A stretch of DNA of 38,976 bases from positions 1-38,976 of the forward strand of contig CAXXET010000005.1 in assembly GCA_963666115.2 (NCBI GenBank). The letters run 5' to 3'. The position numbers were made by a program, and so were the translations under genes. The notes beneath the pieces are model-generated. The model was not told where the DNA came from and did not search any database. It saw only the letters and a list, made by a program, of their open reading frames with translations. Every line of letters begins with the position of its first letter. Position 1 is the first letter of the stretch. This stretch comes from Dehalococcoidia bacterium. Its GTDB lineage: Bacteria > Chloroflexota > Dehalococcoidia > UBA6926. Positions 8,302-17,185 of the stretch are shown piece by piece.

Positions 8302-10119
8302 ATGCTAAGAACTATCCTCCTGCGCCTCACCCTCCTCGTGCTTGGCGTCGCGTCCATCATCATCGGCGTCGTCTCCGCCCTCTTCCCCCGCCCAATCCTC
8401 GAACTCCTCGGACTGGAGCAGGTCAACGTCATCCTGCTGGGACTCTGCGGCGTCATGCTCGCCGTGCTTGGCGTTGGGTCATTCCTCGCGCAGCGCAACC
8501 CCCTGCGGCATATCCTCTGGCTGCGGCTCCTGATCATCTTTCTCTTCGGCATTGCCGTCTACGCCGGGCTGGTGTACTGGGGCGGCGGCATCTCGCGCGA
8601 TACCGCAATCATCCTCGCGGCTCTGGTTATCGTCCCCGGCGTGCTCCTGCTCATCCTCTTCCCCCGCGCGCCGCGTTTCGCCTCCATCCGCGTTCGCTCC
8701 CCGGACGGCGTGCTGTTCACGGACGTGGACAACGGCGGCCTCTTCGTGCGGCGGCGCGGCGGCGCGTTCAACCCTTATATCATCCGACTCCCGCGCGAGC
8801 CTGCCATGCCTGACACCCACCACCGCTCCCACCCCGCCCCCGTCAGCAACCCGTCACGCGTCATGGTGGTTGGCAGCGGCGCGCGCGAACACGCAATCGC
8901 GGTCAAGCTCCGGCAGAGCGCCGGCCTCGAAGAGCTCTACGTCGCGCCCGGCAACGGCGGCACGGCGCTAATCGCCGAGAATCTCCCGATTCCGGCATCC
9001 GACGTTGACGCCATCGTGCAGGCGGCGCGTGAACGAAACGTCGAGCTTGTCATCATCGGTCCCGAAGACCCGCTCGCCCGTGGACTCGGCGACGCCCTCC
9101 GCGATGCCGGCATCCTCTGCCTCGGCCCGACGCGCGAGGCGGCGCGGCTGGAATGGAGCAAGTCGTTCGCCAAGCAGGTCATGGATGACGCCGGCGTGCC
9201 CACAGCCGCATGGATTCGGTTCGACGACTATTCGCTGGCCGCCGAATACGTCCGTGCCCACCCTGCCCCGCTCGTCGTCAAGGCGGACGGCCTCGCTGCC
9301 GGCAAGGGCGTCGCCGTATGCGAAACGCAGCAGGAGGCTCTCACGTTCCTGCACCACGTCATGCGACTCCGTGATTTTGGCGAAGCGGGCGCAACGGTCA
9401 TCATCGAGGAGGCGCTGTCGGGCGTGGAACTCTCCGTCTTCGCGTTCTGCGACGGCGAGCAGATGCTCCTCGTGCCTCCGGCCTCCGACTACAAGCGCAT
9501 ATTTGACGGCGATAACGGGCCGAACACAGGCGGCATGGGGTCCTACAGCCCGCCGGAATTCGTCACGGACAAGCTCATGGCGGACATCCGCGATACCATC
9601 ATTCAACCCGTCCTGCGCCGCATGGTTGAGATCGGCGCGCCCTACAGCGGCATCCTCTACGCCGGCCTGATGCTCACCGACGACGGCCCCAAGGTCATCG
9701 AATTCAACTCCCGCATGGGCGACCCGGAGGCGCAGGTCGTCCTGCCGCGCATCACGTCGGATTTCCTCCAACTCGCAACAGCCACGGCGGCGGGCAGGCT
9801 GGACGACGCGCATCTCGCATGGACGCCCCAGCCCGCCGTCGGTGTCGCCATCGCGTCCGAGGGCTACCCCGGCGATTATCCGGTCGGGCGAGAAATCACC
9901 GGACTCGGATTCCTCGATCTTGACGCCATGGCTTTCCACGCCGGCACGCGCATCGACCCCGCCACTGGCAAACTCCTAACCGCCGGTGGCCGCGTCTTAA
10001 CCGTCACCGCGCTCGGCGACACAATCGCCCAGGCCCGCGAAAAGGCCTACACCAACGTAGACCGCGTCCAATTCGAGGGAGCCCACTACCGCAAAGACAT
10101 AGCCCTCCGCGCCACGTAA
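8302..10119 (+). CDS. purD: Phosphoribosylamine--glycine ligase with an N-terminal membrane-domain extension
   Basis: From about residue 186: VVGSGAREHA, APGNGG, GPEDPL, EWSKSFAK, VKADGLAAGKGV, DYKRIFDGDNGPNTGGMG, EFNSRMGDPE, TAGGRVL. Residues 1-120 form four hydrophobic helices. Confidence 0.93.
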   Translation: MLRTILLRLTLLVLGVASIIIGVVSALFPRPILELLGLEQVNVILLGLCGVMLAVLGVGSFLAQRNPLRHILWLRLLIIFLFGIAVYAGLVYWGGGISRDTAIILAALVIVPGVLLLILFPRAPRFASIRVRSPDGVLFTDVDNGGLFVRRRGGAFNPYIIRLPREPAMPDTHHRSHPAPVSNPSRVMVVGSGAREHAIAVKLRQSAGLEELYVAPGNGGTALIAENLPIPASDVDAIVQAARERNVELVIIGPEDPLARGLGDALRDAGILCLGPTREAARLEWSKSFAKQVMDDAGVPTAAWIRFDDYSLAAEYVRAHPAPLVVKADGLAAGKGVAVCETQQEALTFLHHVMRLRDFGEAGATVIIEEALSGVELSVFAFCDGEQMLLVPPASDYKRIFDGDNGPNTGGMGSYSPPEFVTDKLMADIRDTIIQPVLRRMVEIGAPYSGILYAGLMLTDDGPKVIEFNSRMGDPEAQVVLPRITSDFLQLATATAAGRLDDAHLAWTPQPAVGVAIASEGYPGDYPVGREITGLGFLDLDAMAFHAGTRIDPATGKLLTAGGRVLTVTALGDTIAQAREKAYTNVDRVQFEGAHYRKDIALRAT

Positions 10120-10121
10120 TA

Positions 10122-10158
10122 TGTCATTCTGAACAGAGCGCAGCGGAGTGAAGAATCC
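10122..10158 (+). repeat. TGTC-type REP-like repeat, longer variant (copy 2)
   Basis: TGTCATTCTGAACAGAGCGCAGCGGAGTGAAGAATCC just after the purD stop. Confidence 0.7.
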
Positions 10159-10185
10159 AAAAACCCACTGAGAAAGGCAGGCAAG

Positions 10186-10647
10186 ATGGCCGCTATCGTA
10201 GGAATAGTAATGGGCAGCCGCTCCGATGAGGAGCTCGTGCAAGCAACACAAAAGGTCCTCGAAGACCTGGGCATCGAGTACGAGACGAACGTCCTCTCCG
10301 CCCACCGCACGCCGGACAAGACGGCGGAATACGCCCGCACCGCGCAGGAGCGCGGCATCGACGTGCTGATCGGCGTCGCGGGCGCAGCCGCGCACCTGCC
10401 CGGCGTCATGTCGGCGTACACCACCCTGCCCGTCATCGGCGTTCCCGCAACAGGCAGCGCCCTAAACGGCCTGGACGCGCTCTATTCCATCGTCCAGATG
10501 CCCCCCGGCGTCCCCGTCGCGTCCGTCGCCGTCGGCTCCATGGGCGCGCGCAACGCCGCCTATCTCGCCGCGTCCATCCTCGCCCTCAAGCACCCCCACG
10601 TCCGCGAAAGCTACACCGCATTCCGCCAAAAGCAGTCGCAAGGTTAA
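10186..10647 (+). CDS. purE: N5-carboxyaminoimidazole ribonucleotide mutase
   Basis: VMGSRSD, SAHRTP, AGAAAHLPG, LYSIVQMPPGVPVASV. Confidence 0.97.
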   Translation: MAAIVGIVMGSRSDEELVQATQKVLEDLGIEYETNVLSAHRTPDKTAEYARTAQERGIDVLIGVAGAAAHLPGVMSAYTTLPVIGVPATGSALNGLDALYSIVQMPPGVPVASVAVGSMGARNAAYLAASILALKHPHVRESYTAFRQKQSQG

Positions 10648-10651
10648 CAAC

Positions 10652-11944
10652 ATGATTGACCGCTACGCCCGCGAGGCAATGAAAGCCGTCTGGCAAGACC
10701 AATTCAAGTTCGAGACGTGGCTTGAGGTGGAGCTTGCCGTCTGCAAGGCGTGGGCGGAGCACGGCCAGATTCCGGCGGAGGATATCCCTTTGCTGGAACG
10801 CGCCACGTTTGACATGCCCCACTGGGAGGAGGCGTTTGCGACGACGCGGCACGACGTGACCGCGTTCCTGTCATCTATCTCACGCGACCTCGGCCCGGAA
10901 AGCCGTCACATCCACAAGGGCCTCACGTCAAACGACGTGTGGGACACGGCCACTGCACTGCAACTCCGCGCCGCCGCAAACATCCTGCTAGAGGACATCG
11001 ACAAGCTGGAGGAGGCGATCAAGCGACGCGCCATCGAGCACAAGGACACCCTGATGATGGGGCGCACGCACGGCGTCCACGCGGAGCCAACGACCCTCGG
11101 CCTCAAACTCGCGCTGTGGGTGGAGGAGACGCGGCGCATGAGGCAGCGGCTTGAGCAGGCTGCGCGCGCCGTGAGCGTCGGCAAGTTTTCCGGCGCTGTC
11201 GGCACCCACGCCACGCTGCCCCCGGAGGTTGAGGAGACCGCGTGCCGGTTCCTGGGGCTTGAGGTTGAAAATATCTCCAGCCAGATCGTGCCGCGCGACC
11301 GGCACGCCGAATTCGTCACTGCGCTCGCCCTCTGCGCCGCCTCTCTTGAGAAATTCGCCACCGAGATTCGCAGCCTCCAGCGCACGGAGGTTCTGGAGCT
11401 TGAAGAGCCGTTCCACGCGGGCCAAACCGGCTCATCCGCCATGCCCCACAAGCGCAACCCGGAACTGTCGGAGCGCATCTGCGGCCTTGCGCGGCTCATC
11501 CGCGGCCACGCCGTCACCGCCCTTGAAAACGTCGCCCTCTGGCATGAGCGCGACATCTCGCACTCCTCCGCAGAGCGCATCATCCTGCCCGACGCCACGA
11601 TGGCGCTGGACTACATCCTGGACATCGCAACGTACGTGATCGGCGGGATGGTCGTGTACCCCGACAACATGATGGCCAACGTCGAAAAGACGCGCGGCCT
11701 CGTCTTCTCCCAGCGCGTCATGCTCGCCCTCATCGACAAGGGCCTAACCCGCGACGAAGCCTACAAAATCACCCAGGGCACGTCCATGGAAAGCTGGAGC
11801 ACAGGCCAGGACTTTCGAGACCTCCTCCGCAGCAACCCCAACATCGCCCAACACCTACCCCCCAACGAACTCGAATCCCTCTTCGACTACACCTACTACA
11901 CCCGCTACGTAGACGAATCATTCCGCCGCATCGGCCTGGCATAG
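10652..11944 (+). CDS. purB: Adenylosuccinate lyase
   Basis: MIDRY, RHDVTAF, GLTSND, GRTHGVHAEP, GSSAMPHKRNP, WHERDISHSSAER. Confidence 0.98.
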   Translation: MIDRYAREAMKAVWQDQFKFETWLEVELAVCKAWAEHGQIPAEDIPLLERATFDMPHWEEAFATTRHDVTAFLSSISRDLGPESRHIHKGLTSNDVWDTATALQLRAAANILLEDIDKLEEAIKRRAIEHKDTLMMGRTHGVHAEPTTLGLKLALWVEETRRMRQRLEQAARAVSVGKFSGAVGTHATLPPEVEETACRFLGLEVENISSQIVPRDRHAEFVTALALCAASLEKFATEIRSLQRTEVLELEEPFHAGQTGSSAMPHKRNPELSERICGLARLIRGHAVTALENVALWHERDISHSSAERIILPDATMALDYILDIATYVIGGMVVYPDNMMANVEKTRGLVFSQRVMLALIDKGLTRDEAYKITQGTSMESWSTGQDFRDLLRSNPNIAQHLPPNELESLFDYTYYTRYVDESFRRIGLA

Positions 11945-11956
11945 CTTTCATACGCC

Positions 11957-12133
11957 ATGACCGACCGAGACGATTCGGATCGCCCCACACGCGGCGAGAA
12001 ACGCCAGGAAAAACGCCGCCGAGCCCGCAAAATGGGAGTAAGCGGCAAAAGCTATGTGAACGCGGTACGGAACGCGGCACTGAAGAGGAAACGTGAAGCA
12101 GAGATAGCGGTGCGAGAGCGGGGCCACCTATAG
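11957..12133 (+). CDS. Small basic hypothetical protein (58 aa), not in the ORF track
   Basis: MTDRDDSDRPTRGEKRQEKRRRARKMGVSGKSYVNAVRNAALKRKREAEIAVRERGHL*; fills the gap between purB and the REase stop almost exactly. Confidence 0.5.
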   Translation: MTDRDDSDRPTRGEKRQEKRRRARKMGVSGKSYVNAVRNAALKRKREAEIAVRERGHL

Positions 12134-12141
12134 CCTTATCC

Positions 12142-12921
12142 TTAAGGATTCTCTGTGTAGCTCTTGATGTACTCTTCTAACTCGTCACGAACTTCGTCTC
12201 CAGCTCGCTGGAAGCACGCCACCAATCGCCCATACGCACTCTCATCGTCACCCAAGAAATTCCAGAAGTCCGGCCCAACTTTCAGCTGTCCGTCTCTACC
12301 CGAATTGAAGTAACGTTTGGAGGTCATAAATTCATATTCATTCGGCTCGAAAGGGTTGTAGGGCATTCCGAGGAACGGTGTCACGTTAGCCTCCGAGTCC
12401 CGATAATATGCAGCGGCCGCCCACTCCAGCAACTGACGCTTGAACCCCTTAAAGTTTCCCGAGTTGGGTTTAACGGTCTTTACGTCAATAAGCAAGAGGT
12501 CGCGACCGCGTGTCAAATACAGATCCACTCCGGTCAAACTGCGGTTCTGTGTGACTCCTTGTGTGGCAACTTCTCGCAGCTCAGAAAGCTCCATCACCAT
12601 ATTAGGAGAAGCCACTCGCGTTTCGAGACGATTCATTATCTCATCGATCTTCGTTTGAGCAAGGCTAGTAACGATGTTACCTGGCGTTCCATCCTTCTGC
12701 CGCATCCACTGAGCAGATTCAGCCACAATCTCGGCGATATTTTCAAGTATTTTCATTCCGAAACTCGTAAAGAACGACTGAATTATCGAATGGGTGCGAA
12801 GACGCTCTTCACCAAATAGTGGCTCATAGAGGGGTTTCGCATCTGGTTCCTCGCTCTTGGCCTTTATTCTGTCACGTATCGTACCAACGATCATCTCCTC
12901 AATCTTCGTTTCATTGAACAT
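12142..12921 (-). CDS. Type II restriction endonuclease, probably TdeIII/MjaII-like (PD-(D/E)XK)
   Basis: VDLYL...IDVKTVKPN catalytic-like motif, KRQLLEWAA, MPYNPFEP, VGPDFWNFLG; overlaps the MTase end; lower GC than flanks. Confidence 0.78.
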   Translation of the reverse strand: MFNETKIEEMIVGTIRDRIKAKSEEPDAKPLYEPLFGEERLRTHSIIQSFFTSFGMKILENIAEIVAESAQWMRQKDGTPGNIVTSLAQTKIDEIMNRLETRVASPNMVMELSELREVATQGVTQNRSLTGVDLYLTRGRDLLLIDVKTVKPNSGNFKGFKRQLLEWAAAAYYRDSEANVTPFLGMPYNPFEPNEYEFMTSKRYFNSGRDGQLKVGPDFWNFLGDDESAYGRLVACFQRAGDEVRDELEEYIKSYTENP

Positions 12922-14590
12922 CGACCAGTTTCCTCTCCTTCATGTGGAAGATGGACTCACCGTAAGCGCCCTTGTCCCCCTCAGCGCGGTTCAGCACCGG
13001 CCGCCGGTACTCCTTGACGATCTCCATGCCCGCCTGCTCCGCGATCAGCGGGTAGAGGCCGAACTTGTCATTTGCCACGAGGAACACATCGAAGTCATCC
13101 CGCATCACCCTGCGGCAGTTGAGCAGTACGTCGGCGATGCCTTGCACGTAGGCATCCCTGGCGGCCTTGCCTCTGCCTCCACTGAGGGGACCGATCTCAG
13201 CATCATCGTTCCGGGGCAGACCAAAGAGCTCGTAGGCGTAAGCGTGTTGCTCGTGGTAGTCAATCATGCCTACATACGGAGGGCTGGAAAATACGCCGGC
13301 GACACCCTGCTTTCTTGCAGTGTCGGCCAGCTTAGGGGCCGTTTGCTTTAGCCCCTCCAAAATGTCCAGCGTCCTTGAGTCGCCGGTGAGGCAGTACTGC
13401 CGAGTATCGCTACGGAGGCCAGCAAATTCAGTGAGCCGCTTGACGGTGTCTTTGGAATACCTATTCCACCAGCTAAGGATCGAAAACAGGGGCTTGCAAA
13501 TCTGACTGTGCTTGCCGCAGTAGTAGGTTTCTGTGACGGGCTTGACGAGAGTCGCCAGATCAGAGTGGGTCGTTGCTCGACACGAGCGGACAGTCCGACT
13601 CAATATCAGCCGCAGTACCTCCTGGATGGAAGGGTTTTCAATAGAAGCAATGCAAGACTCGGCGGCCCGAATCTCACTCAATTCCGACCGGTGATACCAG
13701 GATTCCATGAAGTTGTCGGCGTCGTCGGGGATTGTCTGGGTCACGCCATGCTCCGCAGCCAATGCGTAGTAACGCCAGAGAAACTCTAGTTGTTTCGTCG
13801 CGCCATAGCTGTCCTCATCAACAGTGCCACTGCGAACGTCCATACGAAACTTGCCACGTGGGAAATGAACGGCGTTGAATTCACTCAGCTCTCCGAGCAG
13901 AGCCTCTTCAAACTGTCGCGCGCGCTGGCCTAGCTCATCAGCCTGGATCGCGGTCGTGACCATGGCAGCGCCTTCTTCCAGAGCCGCCAAATCCACTTCA
14001 GTAAGCTTGAGGTTGCTGATCATAGCGTTGAATTGAGATACATCCACGCCGACCGCGTGCATGCCCAATTCATTGGCTTGAACCAACGTCGTGCCACTAC
14101 CGCAGAACGGGTCCAGAATCACGTCGCCCGGCGCGAAAATCGGATACGTCTTTGAGTCATCCGTATGAGAATCAAGGAAGTACTCAACGAGCTGCGGAAT
14201 GAACTTGCCCTTGTATGGGTGCAGGCGGTGAACGTGTTTCGTGGTCTCGGATTCCTTGTACTGCTCAAACGACAGATTCCAGTCGATATCCTGCCCTAGT
14301 TGCCGTTTGAACGCCGCCTCTCGGTGGCCATTGCGAGCAGCATAGTAGGTTACGAGATCGTCCTTGATGACCTTGAGTTCGCCGTTTGAAGTCGGCGCAG
14401 GCGGTATCAAGCCGTAGTTGACCAGGTAAGCAATGTTGGACGGTGTAACGTTGTATCCGACGTGCTGACTGGCCCAATCACTCGCCTCGGCAGTTGTCAG
14501 CGCATCATGCTCAGTCGCCTTGCTCTTCTCCTTTGTCGTCCGCTTCTTCGCACCCGTTCGGAGTTTCCTAGCATCACTGACTGTCGCCAC
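12911..14590 (-). CDS. Site-specific amino-DNA methyltransferase (likely N4-cytosine) with N-terminal HTH-like domain
   Basis: HRLHPYKGKFIPQL, motif I ILDPFCGSGTT, motif IV FSSPPY; N-terminal LTTAEAS...VTPSNIAYLVNYGLI; GGGAGGGAG SD before GTG. Confidence 0.9.
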   Translation of the reverse strand: MATVSDARKLRTGAKKRTTKEKSKATEHDALTTAEASDWASQHVGYNVTPSNIAYLVNYGLIPPAPTSNGELKVIKDDLVTYYAARNGHREAAFKRQLGQDIDWNLSFEQYKESETTKHVHRLHPYKGKFIPQLVEYFLDSHTDDSKTYPIFAPGDVILDPFCGSGTTLVQANELGMHAVGVDVSQFNAMISNLKLTEVDLAALEEGAAMVTTAIQADELGQRARQFEEALLGELSEFNAVHFPRGKFRMDVRSGTVDEDSYGATKQLEFLWRYYALAAEHGVTQTIPDDADNFMESWYHRSELSEIRAAESCIASIENPSIQEVLRLILSRTVRSCRATTHSDLATLVKPVTETYYCGKHSQICKPLFSILSWWNRYSKDTVKRLTEFAGLRSDTRQYCLTGDSRTLDILEGLKQTAPKLADTARKQGVAGVFSSPPYVGMIDYHEQHAYAYELFGLPRNDDAEIGPLSGGRGKAARDAYVQGIADVLLNCRRVMRDDFDVFLVANDKFGLYPLIAEQAGMEIVKEYRRPVLNRAEGDKGAYGESIFHMKERKLVDVQ

Positions 14591-14624
14591 GCTGCCACTC
14601 CCTCCCCATGTTCGCTGCTAGTAC

Positions 14625-14660
14625 AACAGTATGCTATACCAGCCGGGTATACAACTACTG
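14625..14660 (-). promoter_or_regulatory. Putative MTase promoter overlapped by a palindromic operator
   Basis: Minus strand TTGTAT-N17-TACTGT; palindrome TATACC-N5-GGTATA at 14635-14651, flanked by CAGTA/TACTG. Confidence 0.5.
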
Positions 14661-14682
14661 GGCGGGTTTACTCCTCCCTTCC

Positions 14683-14714
14683 AAAAACCGCGCCCTCAGT
14701 ATGTAGGCTGAGGG
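14683..14714 (-). terminator. Possible minus-strand terminator-like hairpin
   Basis: CCCTCAG-N8-CTGAGGG stem followed on the minus strand by GCGCGGTTTTT. Confidence 0.35.
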
Positions 14715-14775
14715 ACGCTTTCACCGTTCGGGTCTTGTTTCGATCAGGAGGATCATTTCCCGTGATTCACAAGCC

Positions 14776-14810
14776 AAAAAAGAAACGCGGGGCAGTCGCG
14801 ACTGCCCCGC
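14776..14810 (-). terminator. Intrinsic terminator
   Basis: GCGGGGCAGTCGCGACTGCCCCGC perfect palindrome followed on the minus strand by GTTTCTTTTTT. Confidence 0.8.
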
Positions 14811-14911
14811 TGAATCCGCACCTGGAGACGCGCTGTAGGTGCGGCGGTGGAATCTCGGCCCTCTGCCCCGTCGAGCAAGCGTCTCCGTTCCGCGCTGATC
14901 CCTACCGACGG
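14776..14911 (-). ncRNA. Putative structured small RNA or cis-regulatory leader of unknown family
   Basis: Bounded by a sigma70-like promoter and an intrinsic terminator; internal stems and an 8-bp long-range complementarity; no convincing ORF. Confidence 0.55.
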
Positions 14912-14916
14912 CGGCC

Positions 14917-14946
14917 ACACTACAGGCCAGTGAAGCCTGCTGTCAA
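14917..14946 (-). promoter_or_regulatory. Sigma70-type promoter
   Basis: Minus strand TTGACA (14946-14941), 18-nt spacer, TAGTGT (14922-14917). Confidence 0.6.
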
Positions 14947-14985
14947 CCCTTGTTTGAAGATGGCTATTCTGCGGGATGTCGACCC

Positions 14986-15023
14986 CAAAAAGTCACCCGC
15001 CGCAGGCTATAGCCTGCGGCGGG
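14986..15023 (-). terminator. Terminator of the oppD/F-like operon
   Basis: Palindrome CCCGCCGCAGGCTATAGCCTGCGGCGGG (14996-15023) about 30 nt after the oppF stop, followed by TGACTTTTT on the minus strand. Confidence 0.7.
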
Positions 15024-15055
15024 GTTTTCGTTTCGCGGTGCGAGACGTGGACGCC

Positions 15056-16078
15056 CTACACCCGATGGCACGCCACCCAGTGGTCTCCGCCCATCTCGCG
15101 GAACTCCGGGTCCTCTTCGCTGCACACGTCGATGGCGATGGGGCAGCGTGTGTGGAACCGGCAGCCGGACGGCGGGCGAATCGGGCTCGGCACGTCGCCT
15201 GCCAGCACGATGCGCTCCCGCTGACGCTCGACAATCGGATCGGGAATCGGCACGGCGGAGAGGAGCGCCCGCGTGTACGGGTGGAGCGGGTTCTCATACA
15301 GCTCCTCGCGCGTCGCGATCTCAACGATCTTGCCCAGGTACATCACCGCGACGCGGTCGCTGATGTGCCGCACCACGGACAGATCGTGCGCGATGAAGAT
15401 GTACGTCAGGTCGAACTGCTCCTGCAGCTCCTCCAGCAGGTTGATGACCTGCGCCTGGATGGACACGTCGAGCGCGGACACCGGCTCGTCGCAGATGATC
15501 AGGCTGGGCCGCACCGCCAGGGCGCGCGCGATGCCGATGCGCTGGCGCTGTCCGCCGGAGAACTCATGGGGGTAGCGGTCGCGCATGTAGGGATTCAGCC
15601 CCACGACGCGCAGCAGCTCCTCCACCTGGTCAACGTAATCGCCGCGCCCGCTCGACATGTTATGGATGCGGATCGGCTCGCCGATGATGGAGCCGGCGGT
15701 CATGCGGGGGTTCAGGGAGCTGTACGGGTCCTGGAAGATCATCTGGAGGCGGCGGCGCATCCGGCGCATCCGGCCCGGACTCAGCTTGGCTAGGTCGATC
15801 CCCTCGAAGATGACCTCTCCTTGCGTGATGTCGTAGACCTGCATGATGCAGCGTCCAACCGTCGTCTTGCCGCAGCCGGACTCGCCGACAACACCCAGCG
15901 TCTCGCCCTTGCGGACGAAGAAGCTGATGTCATCCACGGCCTTCACGTCGGCCACGTGGCGGGGAATGACTCCCCGGGAGTTGACCGGGAAGTACATCTT
16001 CAGGTTGTTGACTTCAAGAAGATTCTCCTCCGCGCCATCCGTCCCCTCAGCGGCCACCACTTCGTTTGTCTGCGTCAT
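15056..16078 (-). CDS. Oligopeptide/dipeptide ABC transporter ATP-binding protein (OppF/AppF-like)
   Basis: [46 protein letters not shown]-terminal GCRFHTRC...ACH; start coupled to the upstream stop (TAATG). Confidence 0.95.
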   Translation of the reverse strand: MTQTNEVVAAEGTDGAEENLLEVNNLKMYFPVNSRGVIPRHVADVKAVDDISFFVRKGETLGVVGESGCGKTTVGRCIMQVYDITQGEVIFEGIDLAKLSPGRMRRMRRRLQMIFQDPYSSLNPRMTAGSIIGEPIRIHNMSSGRGDYVDQVEELLRVVGLNPYMRDRYPHEFSGGQRQRIGIARALAVRPSLIICDEPVSALDVSIQAQVINLLEELQEQFDLTYIFIAHDLSVVRHISDRVAVMYLGKIVEIATREELYENPLHPYTRALLSAVPIPDPIVERQRERIVLAGDVPSPIRPPSGCRFHTRCPIAIDVCSEEDPEFREMGGDHWVACHRV

Positions 16079-17100
16079 TAGTTGCTCCCTGCCTGCGCGG
16101 CGGACACCTGCGTCACGTCCACCCAGCACGCCTTGTGTTGATCGGTCGTTCCCTCCACCAGTTCGAAGGGTGGATACTCGGCGCAGCGATCGATTGCATA
16201 CGGGCACCGCGGGCGGAATGCGCATCCGCCCGGAAGATTCATCAAATCGGGGGGCATCCCCTCGATCGGATCGAGCTTCGCCCTGCGCGGCTCATCAAGC
16301 CGCGGAACCGACGACAGCAGCCCGATGGTGTACGGATGCCGTGGATCCTTGAATATCGTTTGAGCGGGGCCGGACTCCACGATCTTGCCCGCGTACATCA
16401 CGTTGATCCAGTGCGCGTACCGCGCCACGACGCCAAGGTTGTGCGTGATGATGATAACGGCCGTGTTCAACTCCTCGTTCAGGCGCTGCATCAGTTCCAG
16501 GATCTGCGCCTGGATCGTCACGTCCAGCGCCGTTGTCGGTTCATCCGCAATCAGCAGGCGCGGCTCGCAGCTCAGCCCCATCGCGATCATCACGCGCTGC
16601 CGCATTCCGCCGCTGAACTGGTGCGGATAGTCGCCCAGTCGATTGCGCCCGTCCGGGATGCCGACCATATCCAGCAGGTCGCCCGCGCGGTTCGCCGCCT
16701 GCTCCCGGCTCATGCCCAGGTGCGTTTCGAGCGCCTCCGTCAACTGGCGTCCGATGGTGAGAACGGGATTCAGGGAGGTCATCGGCTCCTGGAAGATCAT
16801 GGCGATCTTCGCGCCGCGCACCTCCAGCACGCGCTCCTCGCTCATCTTGAGCATGTCCTCGCCGTCAAGAAGAGCCTCCCCGCCCTCGATCTGCCCGCCG
16901 GGAGGCGGAATCAGCCTCATGACGGAAAGCGCGGTGACGCTCTTGCCGGAGCCGCTCTCGCCGACGACGCCGACGATCTCGCCTTCATGCACGTCATAGC
17001 TCACGCCATCGACGGCCTTGACGATGCCGTCCGTCGTATAAAACCTCGTGACCAGGTCCTTGATCTCCAGGACCTTGGCCTGGGATGTCTCGGTTGCCAC
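16078..17100 (-). CDS. Oligopeptide/dipeptide ABC transporter ATP-binding protein (OppD/AppD-like)
   Basis: [43 protein letters not shown]; AGGAGG SD before GTG 17100. Confidence 0.95.
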   Translation of the reverse strand: MATETSQAKVLEIKDLVTRFYTTDGIVKAVDGVSYDVHEGEIVGVVGESGSGKSVTALSVMRLIPPPGGQIEGGEALLDGEDMLKMSEERVLEVRGAKIAMIFQEPMTSLNPVLTIGRQLTEALETHLGMSREQAANRAGDLLDMVGIPDGRNRLGDYPHQFSGGMRQRVMIAMGLSCEPRLLIADEPTTALDVTIQAQILELMQRLNEELNTAVIIITHNLGVVARYAHWINVMYAGKIVESGPAQTIFKDPRHPYTIGLLSSVPRLDEPRRAKLDPIEGMPPDLMNLPGGCAFRPRCPYAIDRCAEYPPFELVEGTTDQHKACWVDVTQVSAAQAGSN

Positions 17101-17185
17101 AGAGCCTCCTCGCTGCACTCCCCGGGGCACGCATGCCCATTGCTTCCTGTCCTGCCGGACGATCCTGCCGCCGTCGTCGTTGTCG

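Noticed and set aside
14721-14918. 65-aa minus-strand ORF over the candidate ncRNA
   Set aside because: Its start lies inside the predicted -10 box, it runs through an intrinsic terminator, and it has no SD or protein-like features.
14462-15793. 443-aa + strand ORF, and similar long antisense ORFs (476-1399, 6715-7911, 16066-17535, 18645-19841, 29356-30546)
   Set aside because: Shadow frames opposite well-supported genes in GC-rich DNA, with no recognisable motifs.
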